Assembly (NCBI GenBank): GCA_946965045.2
Contig: OX337235.1
Coordinates: 3,348,001 to 3,412,000, forward strand
Length of the DNA stretch: 64,000 bases
Direction: 5' to 3'
DNA from: Epithemia pelagica
Taxonomy: Eukaryota; Protista; Bacillariophyta
Under the pieces are notes generated by a model. It worked only from the letters and a program-made list of their open reading frames with translations. It was not told where the DNA came from and searched no databases. This document shows positions 32,817-44,737 of the stretch, one piece after another; within the stretch, counting starts at the first letter, position 1; each line of letters begins with the position of its first letter. The translations under genes and the position numbers were made by a program.

Positions 32817-35800
32817 ATGGACCACGAGTCAGTGGGTCGGTCCCCACATGATTCATTGGCGGAAGAACAGACACCGTTGTTGTCCTTGTCATCCTCCTTT
32901 CCAGGTCGTTCCAATCCTTCCTTGTTACAAAGGAACAACGACAGCTCTTGGAATGGAACTCAGCTGATTCCTCCCCTCCACCATGCAACTACAAATCCTT
33001 CCGGTCCAGAGGGTACAACAACAACAGCAACAACATTTGGTGAGACGAATACGCTAGCACCCTTGCAAGGCTACCTTTCTCATTCGTGGAGAGACGCAAT
33101 TCACACAAACAAGAAGGAACCTTACAACAAGAGTCTTGTGCAAGACGAGGACGATTTAGAGCCTGGTGGTGGTCGCCGTCGTCGACCACGTCTCCGTCCT
33201 CGTTCTCCCTCCACCCAGCAGTCCTTCTTCTCGTTGTGGTCGAGTGGTTGTTCCTGGTGCTGGTCGCATTCGCAACGAGTCAGTCGTGTCTTGATTTATG
33301 CTGCCATCAATCTCTTATTGGCTGTGCCGGGTTTGTATGGGTATGCGGCGGTCATTTTCAATCATGCCGTTTTTCGTCCCTACACCAATGCCTTGGCTAA
33401 ATTGGTCTTGTGGTCCAGTTTGGTCCATCAAGCTGGATTCCTCTGCTGTTCGAGTTTGAGTGGCTTTGCCATTGGGACTGTCCAAGATGCCGGTTTGGTC
33501 TTTTTGTCCCGCATGAGTCATGACATTGCCACGCAAATGACGCTCCGGTACCAACGCGATGACTCCTACTTTGTGCATGCGCTGGAACCACAACAAGGTC
33601 TCTCGACGAACGACACGAATGATAGCAGCAGCAGCAGTAGCGTCATACTGGATCAAGCCATTGTTTCGACCACAGTGGTTCTCTTATCCTTGAGTACGGC
33701 CTTGTTGGGTGTTTGCTTGGTCTTGATGGGACATTTTCGACTCGCCCATGGCATTGTTTCCTACTTGCCCATGCCCGTGGTGGGAGGTTATTTGGCCTTT
33801 ATTGGATACTTTTGTGTTCAGGCCGGTGTCGCCCTGGCCATTTCCACCCCGCTGGTCACCTTGCGCGATTGGGTGACGCAAGTCTTGTTCCGGACCGATC
33901 ATTTGCTACTGGCACTGCCCGCTTGTGTCGCAGGATTGGTCTTGACCTGGGTGGCCCGAACAGGACATGCCACGGGGCAGGCCAGTCTCTTGCCAGCCTG
34001 CATGGTTGCCATTCCCGCCCTCTTTTATGTCATTGTCTTTGTTCATTATCGTTGGACGACTCACGACACGGACAAGGAGTCTTCTTCGTCGTCTTCCTTT
34101 TTGGATACGGCCCGCACTCATGGCTGGGTCGGACCCGTGGCACCTCCCACACCCGTGTCCGAGTTGGTCCAATTGATTCATTGGCAATGGATTGATTGGT
34201 CCATGATTTCGCACATTGGTGGAACCTGGGTGGGTATGGTCTTGGTCGTCTCCTTTGCTTCCTGTCTCGATGTAGCGGCCATTGCCATGGATATGGGACG
34301 TCCGCTCGATACCAATCGCGAATTGCGGACCGTTGGAATTTGCAATGGTACGTACAAAAGTGGCAACAGTCCCGAAACGAGTACCACACAACAAGAGAGA
34401 TTTCAAAACTTACACCATGAATTATTTCTCCTTGCCGTGTGCCCCATTTTTGCGTTTGAAAACCGAACCATTACAGTCATGTCCGGTCTGACTGTTGGCT
34501 TTACCGGATCGTACATTTTTTCCCAAACCATTTTCACCTACCGGACCGGTGTTCATACCCGGTGGATTGGTATTTGTATCATGGCCCTGTACCTCTTTTT
34601 TGTCCTCTCTCCCCTGAATTTGTTGGAATGGTCACCCCTCTTTTTCTTGGGCAGTACCTTGATTTTTATCGGCTACGATCTCTTTTACGAATGGTTGATT
34701 GAAATTCGAGACCGCATCTTGTGGTTTGAGTACGCGCTCATTTAAGGCACCTTTGTGGCCATTCAAATCGTGGGGGTTGATGTCGGAATTTTGGTAGGTG
34801 TCGTGTCGGCCATGGTGGAACAGGCCTTGTCCACGGCGCAAACCACCACGGTCCTGTGTGTCCCCAAACGATCCAAGGCGGTCTGGAGTCGCGAGGAAAT
34901 GCAACTCTTGCATCGACATGTCTATCAACAAAATGACAGTACACGTCCCATTGTCACGTTGGAATTGATGGGACCAGTCTTTTTTGGCTCCGCCCTCTAT
35001 CTCATGGAACGACTCTTGCACGAAGTGGGCCTTTCGACGACCCTCGACCATAACAACAACCACAACAACACCAAGGAAAGGATACAGAGCAACGGAAATG
35101 ACACAAGGACGGACAATGGGCCATTCAAGGGATCCCCCGCCATTCCCCATAGTCCACGGACGTCGCCGTACTTTGTGGCGCTCAACAAACGACCGTCCTT
35201 GTTTCATCAAGACGTTGCGTCGACCGTCTCCCACGGCCCCAACCATCACACGACCACTAGTGGCGGCTCGATTCCCCGGTGCAGTCCTCCCAAATATTGC
35301 GTCTTGGATTTGACGCAAGTGTCCAACATGGATGCCTCGTCGGCTCGTTCGTGCTTTGTTCAGTTTGCCAAATTGTGCAGTCAAGAGGGTATTACGGTCT
35401 GTGCCTCGGGTGCTACACCCCGCATTGCCTGGATGCTACGGACGCATCAAGCCGCGTATCCACTCCAAGAGGAAGAAGAACGAATCAAGGCGACCTTGTG
35501 GCACGTGACAAAAACATGCTCGACCACCACCTCCTCCAAATCCTTGCAATCCCCGACGTTCCAACACCCCAAAGTGGACAAGATTCTCCTATTTCATACC
35601 ACCCATGAAGCCTTGGAGTTTTGTGAAGCAAGTTTGATTCATGAATTTCAAAGTCAATCCACGTCGTTGTCCCAGACTAGTTCATCCGTCATGTCGGCGT
35701 CCCTAGGTTCGGCCAACAAGGACACGACACTCTCTTCCATTTTGGGACGATTTCTCTTGGCCGGTTCCATTGCCACGGGCTACTCCCCCGAGGAGCTGCT

Positions 35801-36440
35801 CATTATTTTACAACGACTCGACAGTCAACGATACCATTCGGAATTGGAGTACCAGGCGGGCGAGAAAATCATGGCCCAAGATACCCGACCGGAATCCTTT
35901 TATGTCGTGCTGGAAGGAGCAGTGGCCAGTGGTGCCGCCACGCCCGAATCCGTTCAACGACATCGACAACCCATTGTGTCGGGAGCCGGGCCCGTGCACT
36001 TGACGCAAAGTTCGAGTTTTACCAATTTGCTGGATGCGCTACCACTGGCATTTGGAGGACGGGGACAGGACGGGGCGGAATTCACAGCGACGACGACGAC
36101 GACCGCAAACCCGACCGGAATACCGCCACCACGCCAACCATTTCATCCCCATGCAGGCAGCTCGGGTGGTGGTAGTAGTGGCGGTGCGTACCATCCTCCA
36201 GTCGTGGTGGGTACTGTTTGGCCCCTGGGAGGTGTCTTTGGATTTACCGATTTGTGGTTGGATCGACCTCGTACCTTTGGAGCCTTTGCCACGCAAGATC
36301 CGACCAGAGTCGCACGCATTACAAGATCGCACATGAATCTACTCCAACAAGAAGATGCTCAACTTTTTGGATTGCTCCATCAAGTGTTGTTGCGCGCGAG
36401 TATCTTGGATTTGGCCAATTGCACCTGCCATGGAGTGTAG
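32817..36440 (+). pseudogene. SLC26/SulP-STAS-cNMP transporter type I copy 2, one nonsense mutation
   Basis: TGG to TAA at 34743-34745. Intron at 34348-34476. Confidence 0.92.
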
Positions 36441-37342
36441 CAACCTTCCAAAGAACACCAGAACGAAAGAAAAACCTCATCAGGATACCGTACAAAAATG
36501 GTTTCTTGGCATGTGTATTTTTTTGTGTCAATGAAGGGAGCTTATTGCAACTCCAGTATGTCCTCCAAGTCCAACAGAACAGTTAGTTCTTCATCGAGAA
36601 CAATGGTTCCCAGAATTGAGGGAAGGGATGTGTAACTTGCCGAAAGAAGTTGAATGTCAAATGCGCGAACAAGGGTTCTTATATCTCTTGTTTGATGATG
36701 AGACAGTTTCACAGCCATGGTTGAGCTGCTGGTAATGATCTGGAACTTGGTGGGCTTGTGGTCTGGAATATTGGCTTGTGACCCGGGCTATTATTTGAAT
36801 CCTTGAGCGAGCAACATATGCACGAGCAATCTTCAGGGTTTCAGCCATGCAAGTCTCCGCTTCAGGGTCGAGGAGCTGTTGAAAAGGCTCTGGATACGGT
36901 GTCAGCATCATTGTCTTTGGTTCTTCTTTGTCTGGGCCCAGCGTACAATACCTCCACCAGGAAGTCGTTGCCAGAGTTCTTCCGTCACAAAGGTCGTCAT
37001 GAGATAAGGCAATTGAAGACCACTTTCTTGCTCCATGCACAGTGTTGTTTGTGTAGCCCGTCATGCCTTTTCGTTGTCATTGTATAGAATGGGCTTGGCT
37101 AGTCCCATATAATATGTGTTGCTTGAATCATCCATCCTATGCAAATAGGCTGCTTGTTATGAAAAAGGAGCTTTTCTCGAGTACTACTCACAGACTACTG
37201 GGCCAATTCACATGTAGTTAGATATATTATGGGTCATGCTGTCATAAATGGGTTGGATTCCCTCCGTCTTCTATATCTCAATTGTTCACGTTGCGCGCAC
37301 ATTCCGATACAGCATAAAGTCACAGACACAATCATAGTGGAC

Positions 37343-38554
37343 TTATCCCTCTTCTGGTAGAGGTGGTGCACACTCCTCAAATGCAATTTCGGTTTCCGCG
37401 TATTCGCCATCGACAGTACTGTAGTTACCAGCTTCGTTCAGCGAGATGTCGACGTTCGGTGGTACAAAAGTGATTGTTGCAGTACAGGATGCAAGGTACT
37501 CTGCGGAAACAAGGTGGAAGTAATCGTTTTCCCAAAAGTTTTGGAGGAGAAACCAAACCTTTGGCTTTCCTGGATCTTCTGTTTCAACCTTACGCACCCC
37601 AAGCAGCACCATTGAGTGGAGAACACGCTGTTTCCCTTTCGATTCTCCAAAGGCACGAAACTCAGCTTCGTCCACTTCTCTGTCATGTACCACCTCCCTT
37701 TCGAAATTGGCCTCGATTGCAAATTGTTGAACCAATGCTGGTTCTTGGGAATGCTCGAACAGTCGGATCACATTTTGAACGCCGCAATAAAAGAAACATT
37801 CACCCAGTGACTTTTTGCAAATTGGTGCCGGCAAAAGCTGATGAGTGGAGGAAAGGCCAGTAATAGTTTTAAAGAACTCTTCCGATCCGAGTCCACAAGC
37901 TCCCGTTTCAATGTACTTCTTCTTCTTGGCAGGCTCCAAATTCTCGCGGATGAATTGCGATATGTCTAGCATCCGGTGATTTGTTGTTTCTTGATCGGCA
38001 CTTCGAAGGCATTGCAGATAGTGCTGTAGCAGAACACTGGCATGCAAACAACAGATTCCAGACCTCTGTTTACGAATGACAAGATAATTCTCGATGGCTT
38101 CTTCATCAAAGAAAAGCCATGAGAACTCAATCGATGGAATCTTTACAGCTCCTTCATCCTCCTTGCTTTCCTCGTCCCTTTTTATAGCTTCAATTTTTTC
38201 GACAAAGGTGTCAAACTCCTTTTTAAATGTGGTGGTGTAACGAAGAGTGTCACCATGACCTGGGCTCCAACTGAAATCCTCTGACATTAGTCGTTTGGCA
38301 CGATACTGTTTTAAGGCAGTAAGGCCTTCCCAATCCAAACCAAGCTCTGTTACAAATTCTGCTGCCAGTCTTTCGCGCCTTGCCATGGACATGATTTGTT
38401 GATTTGTAGGTGTCCTAGGTGTCTCAGCACTGTGAGGAGTATCGGTGGAGCTTGTGGTGGAAGAGAGGGTGAGCTGGGGCGTGGGGGGATCGTCCGCAGT
38501 GGCAGGAGATTCAAATAATACCGTATTTATAGAGGCGAGATTGTATGTTGACAT
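37343..38554 (-). CDS. Papain-like cysteine peptidase (copy 3)
   Basis: Intact ORF with the same motifs as copy 2. Confidence 0.78.
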   Translation of the reverse strand: MSTYNLASINTVLFESPATADDPPTPQLTLSSTTSSTDTPHSAETPRTPTNQQIMSMARRERLAAEFVTELGLDWEGLTALKQYRAKRLMSEDFSWSPGHGDTLRYTTTFKKEFDTFVEKIEAIKRDEESKEDEGAVKIPSIEFSWLFFDEEAIENYLVIRKQRSGICCLHASVLLQHYLQCLRSADQETTNHRMLDISQFIRENLEPAKKKKYIETGACGLGSEEFFKTITGLSSTHQLLPAPICKKSLGECFFYCGVQNVIRLFEHSQEPALVQQFAIEANFEREVVHDREVDEAEFRAFGESKGKQRVLHSMVLLGVRKVETEDPGKPKVWFLLQNFWENDYFHLVSAEYLASCTATITFVPPNVDISLNEAGNYSTVDGEYAETEIAFEECAPPLPEEG

Positions 38555-39000
38555 GTTGCCCAACACTGAAGTAAAATGAATGAACGAACGAACAAACAAA
38601 GACCGAATGAACGAATGAATGAATGTGATGGCTCTGCGTGAACTGCAAGGACACGTTTCTATTCTCGACTCTCTCGTAGAAATAAACAAATGTCCACGGG
38701 ATTACGCTGCTCGCATTCCTCTGTTTTGTGTGTTGCGTGGATCTTCCCAAAACTTGGAGCGCACAGGTGTGACAGGTGACAGGTGGCCCGGTGTGCGCTG
38801 AGCAATATTTTTGGACTATCATGTGTTTAGTCGGGTTTCGTTTTTGGGTTTCGTTTTCGCCATCGCTGGGCTCAGATCCTCATTGTCCCGTCTATTCTTT
38901 ACTCAGTCGCGGTTTCCTGCTACTCTCTTCACCCTTCTCATCAAGGGGTAAGTTTTCTATTATTGAAGTAAGAAAGCTAGAGTGTGTAAATGAGCGACCG

Positions 39001-40370
39001 GGAGCTGGGGTAATCCTGAGCAGCTCGCTGTCATTCTAGGCAAAGTCTGACTACAAAGCGGAACACGACCAGAACGCTTAATCGATGTACTATAGCATAA
39101 ACTATGAACATGGACAAATAGAGAACTAATAGAAAGATTTAGGCCCACCACCACCCGGTTTTTGCAACCGCCCCAAATCATACTACATTAATTTAGAGAC
39201 GCACCATCTTGTGCTTCATGCCGCCTTCAAATTGTGCGTCCGGCTCATGTAGGGAAATCAACAACGCTCTGAATCCGTTTGTTGTGTCGTACATAAATTC
39301 GTAGTCGAACCTGCTTTGGACCATGAAAGGAAGAGAAAGAGAAAACTTTGACCTGACAAAGTCTGTTTCTCTTTTTCGCATCTGATTCATGGCGTCTTCC
39401 AAAGCAAGTTTCATTCGTAGGTTTTTCTCCTCGACATGCCACTCTCTGGGCATGTGTTGGGTTAGATAATGGATATGAGTTGCGTTGTCAGGCCAAATTA
39501 CCTTCACATGTACCTGTAGCTGGCTCGGATCCACTTCAATCAAGCAATTTGTTGTGTCTTCATGTGCAATACCTGTAGGCAACACCACCAAAATCACCAA
39601 ATGACGCTGTTTCTTGTCGTCGACCCACTGTGTCAAGACATGAGGAGGCTCCCAATTCCTCATCATGTCATTAGCACTGTCTTCTTCATTCGTCTTTTTC
39701 CTCTTTTGTTGTAGTTGTACCTGTAGTGTCTCCTGTAATGGCATGGATCCTGCCGCCCTTTTCTTCACCATAGCATCGTCACTGACGACGGACTCAGGAG
39801 CGACCTTGGCAGCAACACCTGGTCATAAAAGACAATAAACCACAACAGGTAAGGACAGTGACTCAACAATCAAACAAACAGTGTACACTGGCACTTACCT
39901 TGTCCTTTGGACGACCCAAACAAAGAAGGAGCTGGTTTGAGATCTCCATCATTGGGGTTCCTTACCTTTCCATCCATAGATGGCGGGGCCGTCTCACCAC
40001 GACCCAACAACTCATTACCAGTCTCTCTCTCATGTTGATCCTTCAAGTGGACTTGGTATTTTCTTTTGGCTTTGTTGAGTGCCGACCTGAATGATCACAA
40101 GGTGTTTGGAGCAGTGGTGAATCTGGTTCAGATGAAGATTGAAAATGGTGAGGCGAAAGTGTTTCAGATCGAAGTGGAAGATGACTAGCAGTACAAATAT
40201 GTAGCGGTTATGAACCGGGTGGTGGTGGGTTTTAATAGTACTAGCAGTCAGTATATCATCTTTTGTCGCTAGAGTGTTCTTTATTCAGAAAAAGCGTTCG
40301 GTAACTCCTATAGGTCACAGTCAGTAACTGACTGGTAAGGTAGCGACCTGCTCAGGATTACCCCATCTCC
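39001..40370. mobile_element. Non-autonomous TIR DNA transposon, 1,370 bp, 3-bp TSD CCG (possibly PIF/Harbinger-related)
   Basis: Absent from the other units (empty site gagcgaCCGcattgg). TIRs of 29 bp with 2 mismatches: GGAGCTGGGGTAATCCTGAGCAGCTCGCT and, at the right end read on the minus strand, GGAGATGGGGTAATCCTGAGCAGGTCGCT. No transposase. Confidence 0.93.
39193..39977 (-). CDS. Orphan protein inside the TIR element, probably 2 exons (39977-39899, 39818-39193; about 234 aa)
   Basis: A 192-aa ORF is extended in frame by an 80-nt GTAAGT...CAG intron (39819-39898). The start codon is uncertain. Confidence 0.65.
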
Positions 40371-40489
40371 CCGCATTGGAATCCGGATTGATGACCATGG
40401 CGGCTCGGTGGCCATGCAATTGTGCCCTACACCCTCCACCATAAATCTTTTTTGGAGATGGGAGGAATCTTCTCTCATTCGCTTGTACT

Positions 40490-42552
40490 TTTCGATCATG
40501 CCGTCTTTCGTCCGTACACCAATCCCTTTGCCAAATTGGTATTGTGGTCCAGTTTGGTCCATCAAGCTGGATTCCTATGCTGTTCCAGTTTGAGTGGCTT
40601 TGCCATTGGGACGGTCCAAGATGCCGGATTGGTCTTTTTGTCGCGCATAAGTCATGACATTGCACCCCGCTTGTCACCTTGCGCGATTGGGTGAGGCAAG
40701 TGTTGCTTTGGGACGTCCTCTCGATACCAATCGCGAATTGCGGACCGTCGGAATTTCCAATGGTACGTACTCGTACAAAAGTGGCGACAGTCCCGAAACG
40801 AGTACCACACAACAAGAGAGATTTCAAAACTTACACCATGAATTTTCTCTCCGTCCCTTTCTGTCCGATATCTGCGTTTGGAAACCGAACCATCACAGTC
40901 ATGTCCGGTCTGACTGTTGGCTTTACCGGGTCGTACATCTTTTCACAAACCATTTTACGCGGTGGATTGGTATTTGTATCATGGCCCTGTACCTCTTTTT
41001 TGTCCTATCTCCCCTGAATTTGTTGGAATGGTCACCCCTCTTTTTCTTGGACAGTACCTTGATTTTTATCGGCTACGATCTCTTGTACGAATGGTTGATT
41101 GAAATTCGAGACCGCATCTTGTGGTTTGAGTACGCGCTCATTTGGGGCACCTTTGTGGCCATTCAAATCGTGGGGGTTGATGTCGGAATTTTGGTTGGTG
41201 TCGTGTCGGCCATGGTGGAACAGGCCTTGTCCACGGCGCAAACCACCACGGTCCTGTGTGTCCCCAAACGATCCAAGGCGGTCTGGAGTCGCGAGGAAAT
41301 GCAACTCTTGCATCGACATGTCTATCAACAAAATGACAGTACACGTCCCATTGTCACGTTGGAATTGATGGGACCAGTCTTTTTTGGCTCCGCCCTCTAT
41401 CTCATGGAACGACTCTTGCACGAAGTGGGCCTTTCGACGACCCTCGACCATAACAACAACCACAACAACACCAAGGAAAGGATACAGAGCAACGGAAATG
41501 ACACAAGGACGGACAATGGGCCATTCAAGGGATCCCCCGCCATTCCCCATAGTCCACGGACGTCGCCGTACTTTGTGGCGCTCAACAAACGACCGTCCTT
41601 GTTTCATCAAGACGTTGCGTCGACCGTCTCCCACGGCCCCAACCATCACACGACCACTAGTGGCGGCTCGATTCCCCGGTGCAGTCCTCCCAAATATTGC
41701 GTCTTGGATTTGACGCAAGTGTCCAACATGGATGCCTCGTCGGCTCGTTCGTGCTTTGTTCAGTTTGCCAAATTGTGCAGTCAAGAGGGTATTACGGTCT
41801 GTGCCTCGGGTGCTACACCCCGCATTGCCTGGATGCTACGGACGCATCAAGCCGCGTATCCACTCCAAGAGGAAGAAGAACGAATCAAGGCGACCTTGTG
41901 GCACGTGACAAAAACATGCTCGACCACCACCTCCTCCAAATCCTTGCAATCCCCGACGTTCCAACACCCCAAAGTGGACAAGATTCTCCTATTTCATACC
42001 ACCCATGAAGCCTTGGAGTTTTGTGAAGCAAGTTTGATTCATGAATTTCAAAGTCAATCCACGTCGTTGTCCCAGACTAGTTCATCCGTCATGTCGGCGT
42101 CCCTAGGTTCGGCCAACAAGGACACGACACTCTCTTCCATTTTGGGACGATTTCTCTTGGCCGGTTCCATTGCCACGGGCTACTCCCCCGAGGAGCTGCT
42201 CATTATTTTACAACGACTCGACAGTCAACGATACCATTCGGAATTGGAGTACCAGGCGGGCGAGAAAATCATGGCCCAAGATACCCGACCGGAATCCTTT
42301 TATGTCGTGCTGGAAGGAGCAGTGGCCAGTGGTGCCGCCACGCCGTTCAACGACATCGACAACCCATTGTGTCGGGAGCCGGGCCCGTGCACTTGACGCA
42401 AAGTTCGAGTTTTACCAATTTGCTGGATGCGCTACCACTGGCATTTGGAGGACGGGGACAGGACGGGGCGGAATTCACAGCGACGACGACGACGACCGCA
42501 AACCCGACCGGAATACCGCCACCACGCCAACCATTTCATCCCCATGCAGGCA
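40490..42552 (+). pseudogene. Chimeric SLC26 pseudogene type II, copy 3
   Basis: Type II deletions, an extra 7-bp frameshift deletion near 42343 and the Z junction at 42552. Its upstream fragment (38963-40489) is split by the TIR element. Confidence 0.9.
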
Positions 42553-44737
42553 AACCAGTACCAACGCCTTAAGCCTCAGTAGGGTGGCACTACGGTATGG
42601 GGTGGGGAGGGACGAACATTGTTTGCCTGCCCTGGCCCCCCTGGTCCTGTGGAGATACTTGTTGTCGCGGTTGGCGAAGGACGACGAGTCCTTTTCGCTC
42701 ACCCAGGATGAGATGGTTGCCATGAAGAAGTGGCGCAGTTGCCGGGAGGAAGTGACCGGGTCGAGCGATGTCCGTCTCACGAGCATTTTCAAAGCCGTTG
42801 GTATTTGGTCGTCCTTGCCACTGTAGAATCCGTTCCAGTGGCGCACCTCGTTTGACGCTCCAAGCTCCATGGTAGACCAATCCGACGAAAGCCAATTTCC
42901 ACAGTCCTCCGCAGACATGTCTACCGACGGCCAACTCTCAGCTCTCTCTTGACATGTCCCTTGTACGTTGCTTCTTGATTCACTCTCGCGAACAGTATCC
43001 TATTCCATTATCGGACTACTGTAACTCCAATGCTTATCTCCTTCATGTATATCTTGGATCACGACGCAGAGGAGTTGTACAAAGAACATTTCGTTGCTTT
43101 CTTCCTGGTTTCCACCTTTTCCGTTTCGTGCGTTGCACAGTTTCTTGTCAAATCAGAGACTCAAAAGAAATAGGAGGACTTAGACATGAAAGAACGGATT
43201 TACTCCTAGTATTTAGTTGCTTGTCGCAGAAACGGTGATGAAAGGTGCAAACTTGTCAAGCGACCTCTGCTACGTTTTACGTTTGCCAAAAGAGCCATCC
43301 CTTTATTCTCACAAAGTTGTGCCAAGTACCCTCTACTGTCTCTCTGAAGGCGTTCAGAGTAACCAGAAATCAGAAACGACTCTCTTCACGTTTTAGGGTC
43401 CGGTGTCCGTTCCTCCTTCATCATTCCATTAATCGACCATCATCTAGATTGGAGAATGAGGTGGAAAGGTAGGTGGGATAGTTTCTTTCCTCAAAATACA
43501 CCTTAGAGGCCAAACCATTCATATGTTAATTAGCAAAGAATACCTTGTAGCAACAAGAACGCTTGAGCAATCCATTTGGCAGAGCGCTTCTTTGCTGGGC
43601 TGACGTACTTTTCTTCTAGATTCACAGAAAAATCTTGAGAAGGCTTCATTCTTCGAGAAATGCAATGAATAACGAATCCCATCCTTGCTCTTTTGGAAAA
43701 TATTCATAAGCTTACTACGGTAGGTAGTTATGCTATTGTCGTGGTAATCAGCAGTCTTCTCAACCAAAGGATACCGAAAAACCCATGTGACTTGGAAAAC
43801 AGAAAACAAGAGGACGCCGAAAGAGAGGATGGAATGGGTGTCTATTTCCGATCACACCAAGAAAGGAATCGTATCACAGTCGCCAGGTAAGAGATGGATC
43901 CTCCATGAAACGCCTTGTGTACCATCGACTGTCATATGAAGTCCAAGGCTTGCCTCAGATTGGCCTTGGCGCTCTTTTCAGTGCTAGAGTTTCCCGACTG
44001 CTGCCTACCACGGAGCCTGCAGTCAGTCGACAGTGTTTATTCCAATGGATGGATATGAGAAGTGCTTGCTAGTTGCAAACAAGTGGTGAAGAACCATGGC
44101 ATCCAAAGCATCGATTTTGTGTTTGCCACATGCCGTGGACAAAGACCAATTGACGCCAGTACGACAACTGCTCATTGGCAATTGGCATTGGAATTCACTC
44201 ACCATTTTGGACACGCGGTCCGTCAAAGACATTCTGGTTCTCCAATTGATACAACCCACCCGTTGTACCTATTCCAAGACGACTAATGCCAATCACCAAT
44301 ACCAATACGACGAGTAGTCCACAAGTAGAAATAGTAGGATGGTGACGGAACACGTCATGTTTACTCACAGCAATTGTGGAAGATCTCGCCCATTCATCCA
44401 ACGCAACTAGAGTAGGGCAATAAGATGAATAAGTGGAATTAGGTGCTCCTCGTTTGCTGATCTGACCACCACTAGATTATCGAAAGCAATTCATGGTCTA
44501 CTGGCGTTTCTTGGTTATGCACTCGCTACTGTCTTTTGGTTGACAAGTGAGTTGGCTTATTATGTAAAGTCATGCTATCATTAAAGACAACACGTCGAGT
44601 AGAACATTGTGTAAGAAAGACATGGTGTGATGAATATTCAGTCATCCCTGAAAGACAGATCAGATCTGTTTTAGGAATATGTTGCTTTTTTACGAGCAAA
44701 GAATGTGAGCACTTCCTCGTGTTAATGGTTCATTGAA

